Assembly: GCA_965228215.1 (NCBI GenBank)
Contig: OZ245800.1
Coordinates: forward strand, 1,599,939 to 1,663,938
Length of the DNA: 64,000 nt
Direction of reading: 5' to 3'
Origin: an uncultured Maricaulis sp.
GTDB taxonomy: Bacteria > Pseudomonadota > Alphaproteobacteria > Caulobacterales > Maricaulaceae
In this document: piece after piece, positions 38,637 to 47,235 of the stretch
Position numbering within the stretch: the first letter of the stretch is position 1
How the letters are laid out: the number at the start of each line of letters is the position of its first letter
Program-made: the position numbers and the translations under genes
Notes under the pieces: model-generated
Seen by the model: only the letters and a program-made list of their open reading frames with translations
Databases searched by the model: none
What the model was told of the DNA's origin: nothing

Positions 38637-39679
38637 TCCTCGAACAGATCGCCCCAGCGGCGGCGCGGGCGGTTTTCCCAGGCACGGCGGTGATAGACGT
38701 CCGACACCATGACCGGAGCGACGGTCGTGGCTTCGGCGAAGACCATCTGTTCCAGCGCCACATCGACCTTGCCCCAGGAACAGGCTTCCTTGAGCGTCGA
38801 GGACGAACAGGCGCCGTCGCGCACATCGGCAACTGTGATCTGGACGGCATAGGCGTGCATCGGCACGTCCTCGCCGAGGATTTCCGCGCACACGACCGTG
38901 TCCTGGGCGAAATTCTTCGGCACGCCGCCGCCGATCATGAACAAGCCCGTCTTGCCGGCCTTGATCTTGATCTCGGTGAGCTCGCGGAAATCGGCCACGC
39001 TGTCGATCGAGAGATAGGGCTGGTTCGCCTTCATGCGCTCGACCTGGTGTTTCACCAGACCGAACCCGGCGGAACAGTCGGAGAAGGCCGGGCAGAAGAT
39101 CGGTACACCCTGTTCATAGCATTCCTGGATCAGCGAGCCGTCCTTCTTGGCATTGCCGTCGGCCAGCCATTTGCCCATCGCCTTGATGTAGGAGCGCGAG
39201 GAGCGCGGACCCGGATCGAGCAGGTCGGCGATCTCGCCGGTCGCGGCGTCGCAGGCCTGGAGTTCTTCCTCGTCGATATAGGTGTCGTAGATCCGGTCGA
39301 TATAGAGATCGCGCAGCACACGATCATCGGGCACGTCCTTGGCCTGGTAGTGCTTGAAGCCCAGGGCTTCGAAGAAATCCATGTCGACGATGGACGCGCC
39401 GGTCGAGACGATGGCGTCGACCATGTTGTGGCGGACCATGTCGCGCCAGACATGCATGCAGCCGCCGGCCGAGGTCGAGCCGGCCAGGGTCAGGATCACG
39501 GAACAATCCGGATCGGCCACGGCCTCCTGCAGGATGCGCGCGGCACGCGCGGCGTCGCGGGAGGTGAAAGACATCTTCTCCCAGGCATCGATCATCGGGC
39601 GGCCGTCAAAGGCGGTGATGTCGATATGCTCGACCGGCGAGGACAGGAGTTCCGCCTTGCGATTGGACATCTCGGTCAT
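38633..39679 (-). CDS. deoxyhypusine synthase-like protein (bacterial SpeY / homospermidine-pathway type)
   Basis: TLAGSTSAGG; RIYDTYIDEEELQ; PAFSDCSAG; IGGGVPKNFAQ; DGACSSSTLKEACSWGK with the catalytic Lys. ATGA overlap with the upstream decarboxylase. Confidence 0.9.
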   Translation of the reverse strand: MTEMSNRKAELLSSPVEHIDITAFDGRPMIDAWEKMSFTSRDAARAARILQEAVADPDCSVILTLAGSTSAGGCMHVWRDMVRHNMVDAIVSTGASIVDMDFFEALGFKHYQAKDVPDDRVLRDLYIDRIYDTYIDEEELQACDAATGEIADLLDPGPRSSRSYIKAMGKWLADGNAKKDGSLIQECYEQGVPIFCPAFSDCSAGFGLVKHQVERMKANQPYLSIDSVADFRELTEIKIKAGKTGLFMIGGGVPKNFAQDTVVCAEILGEDVPMHAYAVQITVADVRDGACSSSTLKEACSWGKVDVALEQMVFAEATTVAPVMVSDVYHRRAWENRPRRRWGDLFED

Positions 39680-40914
39680 GCGCGTCTCCGCAGTCTGGTG
39701 CGCCGCTTGCGCGCACGCGAAAGATTGATGACCCGCGCACCTTCATCATCGGTGCTGTCGGGCTGGGTGTCGTAGAGAGAGGGCCAGGGCGAGTCGTCCA
39801 CGAAGACTGTCTCTGACTCGCCGAAACCGTTGAATCGGCTGGCCAGTGCCGTGCCATAGGCGCCCAGCATGCCGATCTCGACGAGATCGCCCTCGCGGAC
39901 ATCGGCCGGCAATTCATAAGGTCCGGGCATGGCATCCAGGGAATCGCAGGTCGGGCCGAAAAAACGGAAGGACGCGCTCTGGGTGGTGCTGTCGCCGACC
40001 GGGCGGTGCAGACGGACTGGGAAGGGCCATTTGGCGTGGGCTGCGTCGAACAGGGATCCGTAGGACCCGTCATTGAGATAGAGCGCGTCGCCCTTGCGCA
40101 ATTCGACCCGCGCGAGGATGGAGGCGCTTTCAGCCACGAGAGCCCGGCCCGGTTCGCACCAGAGCTCGGCATTCTCCAGCACCATCATCTCGTCGAACGC
40201 ATCCTCGATGGCGTTCACGTAGTCCGCCAGCGGGGGCGGGGTGAGGCCGGGATAGATGGACGGGAAACCGCCGCCGACATCAACGATGTCCACGGTGACA
40301 CCGGCCTGCGCGATCAGGCGCGAGGCTTCCAGCATGGCGGTCCGGTAGGCCGAGGGCTGCATGCACTGGCTGCCGACATGGAAGCTCACGCCCAGCTCGT
40401 CCGCGCCGGCGCGCGCCAGGCGGATGAGGTCTGCTGCCTCGAAGGCGGGCACGCCGAACTTGCCGGCGAGCGAGAAGACAGCGCCGTCATTGGACACGGC
40501 CAGCCGCACGACCAGGGTGAGGTCACGGGCACCGCCGGTCTCCTCCAGGATCTTGTGCAATTCCGCTTCGCAATCGAGCGCGAAGATCCGGATACCGTAA
40601 TCGAAATAGGCGCGGCGGATCGAATCGCGGCTCTTCACCGGGTGCAGATAGCCCATGCGTGCATCCGGACAGCGTTCCGCGATCAACGCGATCTCCCTGA
40701 GGGAGGCCACATCGAAGAACCGCATGCCGGACTCGTAGAGAGCATCAATGGCCCAATCACTCGGATTGGCTTTGACGGCGTATAGAACTTCCCCGGGGAA
40801 GTTGTCCTGGAACCAGAGGTTCGCCTTGGCCAAACGTGCCGGACGTGCACACACGACCGGGTTTTCTAGGTGCCGTAAGCGGACCAGGTCCAGGGGCGTC
40901 TGGTACGTGCGCAA
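39676..40914 (-). CDS. alanine-racemase-fold (type III PLP) basic amino acid decarboxylase (ODC-like)
   Basis: YAVKANP (PLP Lys); FDVAS; GKFG; SFHVGSQ; DVGGGFP; CEPGRALV; FGPTCDSLD; GAYG. TTG start 9 nt after AGGGGG. Confidence 0.9.
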   Translation of the reverse strand: MRTYQTPLDLVRLRHLENPVVCARPARLAKANLWFQDNFPGEVLYAVKANPSDWAIDALYESGMRFFDVASLREIALIAERCPDARMGYLHPVKSRDSIRRAYFDYGIRIFALDCEAELHKILEETGGARDLTLVVRLAVSNDGAVFSLAGKFGVPAFEAADLIRLARAGADELGVSFHVGSQCMQPSAYRTAMLEASRLIAQAGVTVDIVDVGGGFPSIYPGLTPPPLADYVNAIEDAFDEMMVLENAELWCEPGRALVAESASILARVELRKGDALYLNDGSYGSLFDAAHAKWPFPVRLHRPVGDSTTQSASFRFFGPTCDSLDAMPGPYELPADVREGDLVEIGMLGAYGTALASRFNGFGESETVFVDDSPWPSLYDTQPDSTDDEGARVINLSRARKRRTRLRRRA

Positions 40915-40915
40915 T

Positions 40916-40954
40916 TCACGTGACCCCCTGATGGCAGTTAACCCAATCCGGCAT
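40916..40954 (-). other. 12-codon upstream ORF MPDWVNCHQGVT (putative leader peptide)
   Basis: GGAGG SD 6 nt before the ATG; the stop TGA ends 1 nt before the decarboxylase TTG. Confidence 0.4.
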
Positions 40955-41362
40955 CGTCGCCTCCGCCGGGTGGAGCGCGATTAAGACCAAAATCCGGGCT
41001 TGTAAAGCAGATAATGATGGTTCCGGCTCCACGAGAAGATCCGGCCTGGCCAGGCTTGCTGCTCGTGGCGGTGTGGGCGCGCGGCGGGATCGCACTGGAG
41101 CGGGACCGGGATTGGGACGTGCGCGGATCAAAAAACGAATTTCGGCATTTCCCGCATCATAAAAATAAATGATTTCAATTAGTTGAGTTATCCCCACTCA
41201 ATCCGAAATGTCGTAAAAAATTCAAGGATAGCTGCCCGTTCTGTTGCGTGACGGACACCGCGCGGATTCACGCAGCTATTTCAGCATCTACCCGGCGTTC
41301 GCATCGCCGGATTCCAGCGCGAAAATCTGATTTCGGCGCCGCCCGGAACGCGACGCGGTTTC

Positions 41363-41380
41363 GTGTCATTCAAGCGTTAC
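41363..41380 (+). promoter_or_regulatory. PHO-box-like direct repeat upstream of the ElpS-like gene
   Basis: GTGTCAT-TCAA-GCGTTAC, half sites at 11-bp period, compared with the consensus CTGTCAT-N4-CTGTCAY. Confidence 0.5.
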
Positions 41381-41469
41381 AAAGCTGATGTTTATGCCCG
41401 CACCGAGCGAGGCAGCCCCGGGACGGGGAGTCTCGTTGGAGAGATTTTTTGTCCTTTTGGGGGTCTTCC

Positions 41470-44316
41470 ATGTCGGTGAAGCAAAACTTCCGTAACCTGC
41501 TGCTCGTCAGCACCGCCTGCGCCTTTTTCGCGGCCTGTGCGGATACGTCCATCTCGTCTCCGGGCGATACGAATGCCGGTACACCGCCCAGCACGGGTGG
41601 TGGAACGGGCGGCGGTTCGACCGCCCAGGATGTCAATCTGGTTGGCTCCAATGGGTGTGGCTCGGCCCGCCAGACGACCTTCACCACGACGGTCGGCGGT
41701 ACGACCTACAATGTCACGGTCTGCGAGATCACCGGCAATATCCTGACGAATACGACCCTGCCGAGCGGCAGTTCCTTCGTCATCACCGGTCCGGTCTTTG
41801 TCGGCTCCGATGATGGTGCGACGGCCCAGAAATCCTTCAATACCCGGAATGCCGGCGGTACGCCGACCACGCTGACCATCCCGGCCGGCACGACGCTGTT
41901 CGGGTCCTCGGGGTCCGACTACATCGTCGTCACGCGCGGTTCGCGCATCGACGTCCAGGGTACGGCCAACGCGCCGGTCATCATGACCTCGCTCGCCGAC
42001 GTGCTGGGGCAGGCCGGACCGAATGACCGCGGCCAGTGGGGCGGCCTGGTCATCAATGGCCGCGCGCCGATCAATGCCTGTATCGACGGTACGGCAACGG
42101 GCGGCACGGCCCAGTGCGAAAAGTCCGGCGAGGGTTCGTCCGGACTCTTCGGCGGCGCCGACCCGGCCGACAATTCCGGTTCGATCAGCTTCCTCCAGGT
42201 CCGTTTCGCCGGGTTCAAGGTGAACAACGAAGATGAGCTGAACGGCATCGCCTTCCAGGGCGTCGGCAATGGTACGACGGTCAACAATATCCAGGTCCAC
42301 AACAATGCCGATGACGGCATCGAGATGTTCGGTGGCGCGGTTGACGTCCGCAATGTCGTGCTGACCGGTAATGCCGATGACAGTTTCGACTACACGGATG
42401 GCTGGATCGGTCGCGCGCAATACGTGCTGGTCCGCCAGTCGGGCGATGATGCCGACCAGGGTTTCGAGTTCGACAATCGCGGCTCCAACAACACGCTTCT
42501 GCCCCGCTCCAATCCGCGCATCTCCAACTTCACCCTGATCGGTGAACGCAATGCTGCCGAATCCGACCAGGGCATCCTGCTCCGTGCCGGTACGGCGGGT
42601 GAGTTCTACAACGGTATCGTCGTCGATTTCGGTGAGGACTGCCTCGACATCGATGACGCGGAAACCTTCGCCCAGATCAACAGCGGAACGGCTGTCGACC
42701 TGAAGATGGAATCCACCGCGCTGGACTGCACCACGGATTTTGACGAGAGCGCCGGCGATCCGGTGGACGTGTCCGACTGGTTCGACGGCCAGGCCAATAA
42801 TCTTTCCGGCTATTCCAATTCCATGTCCGGTGTCTTCCCGGGGCCGCGCGAGCTGGCCGTCACGGCCACCGATGTCAACGCGCTGGATACCTGGTTCGAC
42901 GCCACGTCCTACATCGGTGCCTTCGGTCCGACCGACTCCGCCGCATCCAACTGGGCTGCCGGCTGGACGTTCAACCTCTTCCCGGATCCGGGTTGTCCGA
43001 CGGGCACGACGGAGGCTGCCAACCAGATCAATGGCCAGCGCGTCTGCCAGATCACCGGCAATATCACCTCCGATCTGCGCCTGATCCGCGGTTCCATGTA
43101 CGAGCTGATCGGCCCGATCTTCGTCGGTGTGGACCGCGGTCCTGATCCGGCCAGCCCGCTGCCGTCCGGTATCCAGGCTGAGCTGACGATCGATCCGGGT
43201 GTCACGATTTTCGGCACGTCCGGGTCCGACTACATCGTGGTGACCCGCGGTTCCACGATCCGTTCCAACGGTACGGAAGCGGCTCCGGTGATCATGACTT
43301 CGCGTTCCGACGTCGAAGGCACGGTCGGCCCGAATGATCGTGGTCAGTGGGGCGGCCTTGTCATCAATGGCCGCGCGCCGATCAATGCCTGTATCGATGG
43401 TACGGCAACCGGCGGCACGGTTGATTGCGAGAAGTCCGGTGAGGGTTCGTCCGGTCTCTTCGGCGGCGCGACGCCGACCGACGACTCCGGCGATCTCTTC
43501 TACACCCAGGTCCGCTATGCCGGCTTCAAGGTGAACAATGAGGACGAGCTGAACGGCATCGCTTTCCAGGGTGTCGGCAATGGTACCTCCGTCGACTACA
43601 TCCAGGTCCACAACAATGCCGATGACGGTATCGAGATGTTCGGTGGCGCGGTTGATGTCCGCCACGTCGTTCTGACCGGCAATGCGGATGACAGTTTCGA
43701 CTACACGGATGGCTGGATCGGCCGGGCCCAGTTCGTGATCGTGGCACAGTCGGGCGATGATGCCGACCAGGGTTTCGAGTTCGACAATCGCGGCTCCAAC
43801 AACACGCTGCTGCCCCGCTCCAATCCGCGCATTTCCAACTTCACCCTGATCGGTGAACGCGGCGCTGCAGAATCGGACCAGGGCATCCTGCTCCGTGCCG
43901 GTACCGCGGGCGAGTTCTACAACGGCGTGGTCGTCGATTTCGGCGAGGACTGCCTGGACATCGATGACGCCGAAACCTTCGCCCAGATCAACAGCGGCAA
44001 TGCCGTCGATCTGAAGATGGAATCGGTCCTGCTCGACTGCACCACGGATTTCGACGAGAGCGGCGGCGATCCGGTGGACGTGTCCGACTGGTTCGACGGC
44101 CAGGCCAACAATGTCTCCAGCACCACGCACTCCCTGTCCGGCTTTGCCTTCATCCCGGGCAATACCGGTGTGGTTCCGGGCGCCACCGAGCTGGCTGTGA
44201 CCGCAACGGACGTCAACGCGCTGGACGGCTGGTTCACCGCCACGACCTATGTCGGGGCCGTCGCTGACGCGAACGACACCTGGTACCAGAACTGGACCTT
44301 CCGCCGCACCCAGTAA
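41470..44316 (+). CDS. large surface lipoprotein with two tandem Asp-rich beta-helix-like domains (ElpS-like)
   Basis: Lipobox FAAC23 and a Gly/Thr linker. GQWGGLVINGRAP, QVRFAG..ELNGIAFQGVG, ADDGIEMFGG and ADDSFDYTDGW each occur twice. Lies upstream of the TBDR and gspC, the position of Caulobacter elpS. 948 aa. Confidence 0.75.
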   Translation: MSVKQNFRNLLLVSTACAFFAACADTSISSPGDTNAGTPPSTGGGTGGGSTAQDVNLVGSNGCGSARQTTFTTTVGGTTYNVTVCEITGNILTNTTLPSGSSFVITGPVFVGSDDGATAQKSFNTRNAGGTPTTLTIPAGTTLFGSSGSDYIVVTRGSRIDVQGTANAPVIMTSLADVLGQAGPNDRGQWGGLVINGRAPINACIDGTATGGTAQCEKSGEGSSGLFGGADPADNSGSISFLQVRFAGFKVNNEDELNGIAFQGVGNGTTVNNIQVHNNADDGIEMFGGAVDVRNVVLTGNADDSFDYTDGWIGRAQYVLVRQSGDDADQGFEFDNRGSNNTLLPRSNPRISNFTLIGERNAAESDQGILLRAGTAGEFYNGIVVDFGEDCLDIDDAETFAQINSGTAVDLKMESTALDCTTDFDESAGDPVDVSDWFDGQANNLSGYSNSMSGVFPGPRELAVTATDVNALDTWFDATSYIGAFGPTDSAASNWAAGWTFNLFPDPGCPTGTTEAANQINGQRVCQITGNITSDLRLIRGSMYELIGPIFVGVDRGPDPASPLPSGIQAELTIDPGVTIFGTSGSDYIVVTRGSTIRSNGTEAAPVIMTSRSDVEGTVGPNDRGQWGGLVINGRAPINACIDGTATGGTVDCEKSGEGSSGLFGGATPTDDSGDLFYTQVRYAGFKVNNEDELNGIAFQGVGNGTSVDYIQVHNNADDGIEMFGGAVDVRHVVLTGNADDSFDYTDGWIGRAQFVIVAQSGDDADQGFEFDNRGSNNTLLPRSNPRISNFTLIGERGAAESDQGILLRAGTAGEFYNGVVVDFGEDCLDIDDAETFAQINSGNAVDLKMESVLLDCTTDFDESGGDPVDVSDWFDGQANNVSSTTHSLSGFAFIPGNTGVVPGATELAVTATDVNALDGWFTATTYVGAVADANDTWYQNWTFRRTQ
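41900..44120 (+). repeat. intragenic direct duplication, period 1311 nt (437 codons)
   Basis: Constant offset of 1311 at 41911/43222, 42031/43342 and 42771/44082. I counted 19 mismatches in 180 nt aligned by eye (42241-42420 vs 43552-43731). Confidence 0.95.
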
Positions 44317-44327
44317 CGCAAATCCAA

Positions 44328-44355
44328 CCTCCGGCCGGCCCCGCCCGGCCGGAGG
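44328..44355 (+). other. GC-rich stem-loop without U-tract between the lipoprotein and TBDR genes (likely mRNA-stabilising or partial terminator)
   Basis: CCTCCGGCCGG-ccccgc-CCGGCCGGAGG. Confidence 0.6.
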
Positions 44356-44378
44356 CTGAATCGTTCAATCGCAGTCAC

Positions 44379-47066
44379 ATGGTGATGAAGATGAAGACCA
44401 ATCGACTCGCATTCTCGGCTGCGTTGCTGGCTTCCACGACGCTGGTACCGGTTGCTGCCATGGCGCAGGACACGGACCAGTCCGAGATCATTCAAGACCA
44501 GATCATCGTTCGCTATCAGTACATCCCTGACGACCGTCGCGTGACGTCGGAAGTCTCGGCGGTGCTCTCGCTCGACGATCTTGAAACCACCGGCGATAGC
44601 GACCTGGCAGCTGCCCTGGTCCGCATTACCGGCCTGTCCACCACCGGCGGAAAATTCGTGGTCGTCCGCGGCCTGAACGAACGCTATTCCAACACGCTCC
44701 TGAACGGCTCGCCCATGCCGTCCCCGGAGCCTTTCCGTCGTGCCGCTCCGCTCGACATCTTCCCGACCAATATTCTCTCGAATGTGCTGGTCCAGAAGAC
44801 GTTTACTCCGCAATTCCCGGGTGAGTTCGGTGGCGGTGTCGTTGCCGTCGAGACCTCGACCCTGCCGGATGATGGTTTCATCACCCTCAAGCTCGGCGGC
44901 AGTTTCGACACGATCACGACCGGTAATCGCGGCTTGACCTATGCCGGGTCGGACACGGACTGGCTGGGTTATGATGACGGCCTGCGCGATCTGCCGGCCG
45001 AGCTGGCGGATGTGTTCTACACGACCCGCGTCGGCAACGGACTTCCCTCGGACCAGCAACAGGCTATCGGCCGCTCGCTGGTCAATTCGGAACTCTGGGT
45101 CCTGCAGAATGTCGATACGGACGCGAATGGCTCCATCGCGATCAATGCGGGCCAGCGCTTTGATTTCGAGAATTTCTCCCTCGGTATCCTCGGTGCGGTC
45201 CAGTACGCGAATTCCTGGGAGACGCGCGAGGGTATTCGCGGCAAGGGCCGTATCGGTGCCGGCAATGTGCTCAGCTATGAGAATGGCCCGTCCAATGCGG
45301 ACTTCTCCGATGTCGCGGCGCCGGCCAGTGCGCAGAACAATTTCCTGGGAACGGAGAACACGATCGACGCTTCGGCGATGATCAATGTGGGCGTCGATTT
45401 CTACGACGACCACGAAGTCTCCTTCCTAAGCATGGTCCTGCGGTCCACCACCAAGGAGGCCCGCAGCCAGACCGAATACAATGCCGGTTCCTCGGGCACA
45501 TTCCGTACGGACAGCACGGAATGGTTCGAGCGCCAGGTGATCTTCAACCAGCTGCGCGGCGAGCACATTTTCCCGGGCCTGGGCGATCTGGCGATGGAAT
45601 GGCGTATCTCCGAGGCGACCGCCACGCGGGATGCTCCCTACCAGCGCGCCGTCGACTACGAGATCACCACCACCGGTGCCGAATACGGCGGCGATCTGGA
45701 CAACAACATCACCAATTTCTCGGAGATCGAGGACAATACATCCGATCGCGGTGCCGATTTCGAACTGCCGGTGACTTTGGGCGATTTCGACATCGAACTG
45801 ACGGGCGGCTACGCCTACACATTGCGTGAGCGTGATGCCTGGTCCCGCCGCTTCTCCTTCGAACAGGGCTCGATCGGACTGCCCGCCGATTTGCTGGACA
45901 GCCGGATCGACTACATCTTCTCGGGCCAGAACATCACGGACTCGCGTCTGCGTCTGGTGGAGACGGGCGGCCTGACCCTGCCGGAGGCCTATCGCGGTGA
46001 GCTCCAGGTGGAAGCAGCCTATCTCGGTGCCGATATCCAGCTGAACGATTTCGTCCGTGCCGCCATCGGCGGCCGGTATGAAAGCGGGCAGCAGCGTGTC
46101 GACACGTTTGCCTTCCCGGCCAATCCCGCCGATACGGGCGCCATCGAGACGCAGATCAAGGAAGACTATTTCCTGCCTGCCCTCACGCTGACCTGGACCT
46201 TCGCGGACAATCTTCAGCTCCGGACCGGCTATTCCCAGTCGATCGCGCGGCCGCAATTCCGCGAACTGGCCTTCTCGGAATTCTTCAATTCCGACACCGA
46301 CCAGCGCTTCCAGGGTAATCCCTTCCTGGTCAATTCGGACATCGAGAGTTGGGATGCGCGGCTGGAATACTATTTCGGCCGTGAGCAATTCATCACGGTG
46401 GGCGCGTTCTACAAGGAGATCGAGAATCCGATCGAGGAATTCATCATCCCGATCGGCGACGGTCTGAACACGTCCTTCATCAATGCGCCGAATGCGACTC
46501 TCACGGGTGCCGAATTCGAGTTCGAGAAGATATTCGATTTCAGCGACCGCTGGGACAGCCCGTTCTTCGATGACCGGGAATGGTTCATCAAGACGAACTA
46601 CACCTACATCCAGTCGGAAGTTTCGGCCTCCGGCAATGTGACGGTGGCCCAGGGTGCCTTCGGTCAGCCGCAGGCGCTGGTCCTCAACGCAACCGGTTTC
46701 ATCGAAGATGGACGCGCCCTGCAGGGACAGTCCGAGCATCTCTTCAATGTCCAGCTCGGCTTTGAAACCAATGACGGTCGGGCGCGCGGTGCTTTGCTCT
46801 ACAATTACACCGGAGAGCGGACCCGGGCCGTAGCCAATTTGTCGGACAATCTGCCGTCGATCGTCGAACAGGTTCCAGCCTCGCTCGACTGGGTATACAG
46901 CCGCACGCTGGAGATTCACGGCAATGACTGGGACGTCGGTTTCTCTGTCCGTAATATTCTCGGCGACGGTTATGAAGCCACCCAGACGGCGGGCGATGTG
47001 GAGCTGGCGGTCGACACGTATGATGTCGGCACGAGCTTCAGCATTTCGGTCAGCCGCACCTGGTGA
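44379..47066 (+). CDS. TonB-dependent receptor
   Basis: Signal peptide ending AMA; RITGLS...VVVRGLNERYSNTLLNG; PLDIFP; GEFGGG plug; IARPQFRELA; C-terminal aromatic W. Start may be 44391. Confidence 0.9.
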   Translation: MVMKMKTNRLAFSAALLASTTLVPVAAMAQDTDQSEIIQDQIIVRYQYIPDDRRVTSEVSAVLSLDDLETTGDSDLAAALVRITGLSTTGGKFVVVRGLNERYSNTLLNGSPMPSPEPFRRAAPLDIFPTNILSNVLVQKTFTPQFPGEFGGGVVAVETSTLPDDGFITLKLGGSFDTITTGNRGLTYAGSDTDWLGYDDGLRDLPAELADVFYTTRVGNGLPSDQQQAIGRSLVNSELWVLQNVDTDANGSIAINAGQRFDFENFSLGILGAVQYANSWETREGIRGKGRIGAGNVLSYENGPSNADFSDVAAPASAQNNFLGTENTIDASAMINVGVDFYDDHEVSFLSMVLRSTTKEARSQTEYNAGSSGTFRTDSTEWFERQVIFNQLRGEHIFPGLGDLAMEWRISEATATRDAPYQRAVDYEITTTGAEYGGDLDNNITNFSEIEDNTSDRGADFELPVTLGDFDIELTGGYAYTLRERDAWSRRFSFEQGSIGLPADLLDSRIDYIFSGQNITDSRLRLVETGGLTLPEAYRGELQVEAAYLGADIQLNDFVRAAIGGRYESGQQRVDTFAFPANPADTGAIETQIKEDYFLPALTLTWTFADNLQLRTGYSQSIARPQFRELAFSEFFNSDTDQRFQGNPFLVNSDIESWDARLEYYFGREQFITVGAFYKEIENPIEEFIIPIGDGLNTSFINAPNATLTGAEFEFEKIFDFSDRWDSPFFDDREWFIKTNYTYIQSEVSASGNVTVAQGAFGQPQALVLNATGFIEDGRALQGQSEHLFNVQLGFETNDGRARGALLYNYTGERTRAVANLSDNLPSIVEQVPASLDWVYSRTLEIHGNDWDVGFSVRNILGDGYEATQTAGDVELAVDTYDVGTSFSISVSRTW

Positions 47067-47077
47067 TCAGGAACAGG

Positions 47078-47108
47078 AAAGGCGGGTCTGCGGACCCGCC
47101 TTTTTATT
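47078..47108 (+). terminator. intrinsic terminator after the TBDR
   Basis: AAAGGCGGGTC-tgcg-GACCCGCCTTT followed by TTATT. Confidence 0.85.
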
Positions 47109-47132
47109 CTCCGCGACGGAATTAACTGCGCC

Positions 47133-47150
47133 GGTTCATTTAACTGTCGT
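47133..47150 (+). promoter_or_regulatory. weak PHO-box-like repeat upstream of gspC
   Basis: GGTTCAT-TTAA-CTGTCGT, 11-bp period. Confidence 0.3.
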
Positions 47151-47235
47151 GAAGTGCAAGTATCGGGTAATCCCGAAATGGGGCTAAAGCCTCGATCCAA
47201 CGAGGATTGTTGGCAGAAAGTACAAGCGATTGGGT

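Noticed and set aside
40960-41160. Canonical alphaproteobacterial speF leader RNA
   Set aside because: I could not match the motif as I recall it. This needs an Infernal search, so it is not claimed.
40916-41197. 93-aa ORF upstream of the decarboxylase
   Set aside because: Low-complexity Pro/Arg sequence with no SD at its start. Only the last 12 codons have a good SD and are kept as a uORF candidate.
41392-44130. 912-aa antisense ORF with an internal repeat
   Set aside because: Shadow of the duplicated lipoprotein; it inherits the repeat from the sense strand.
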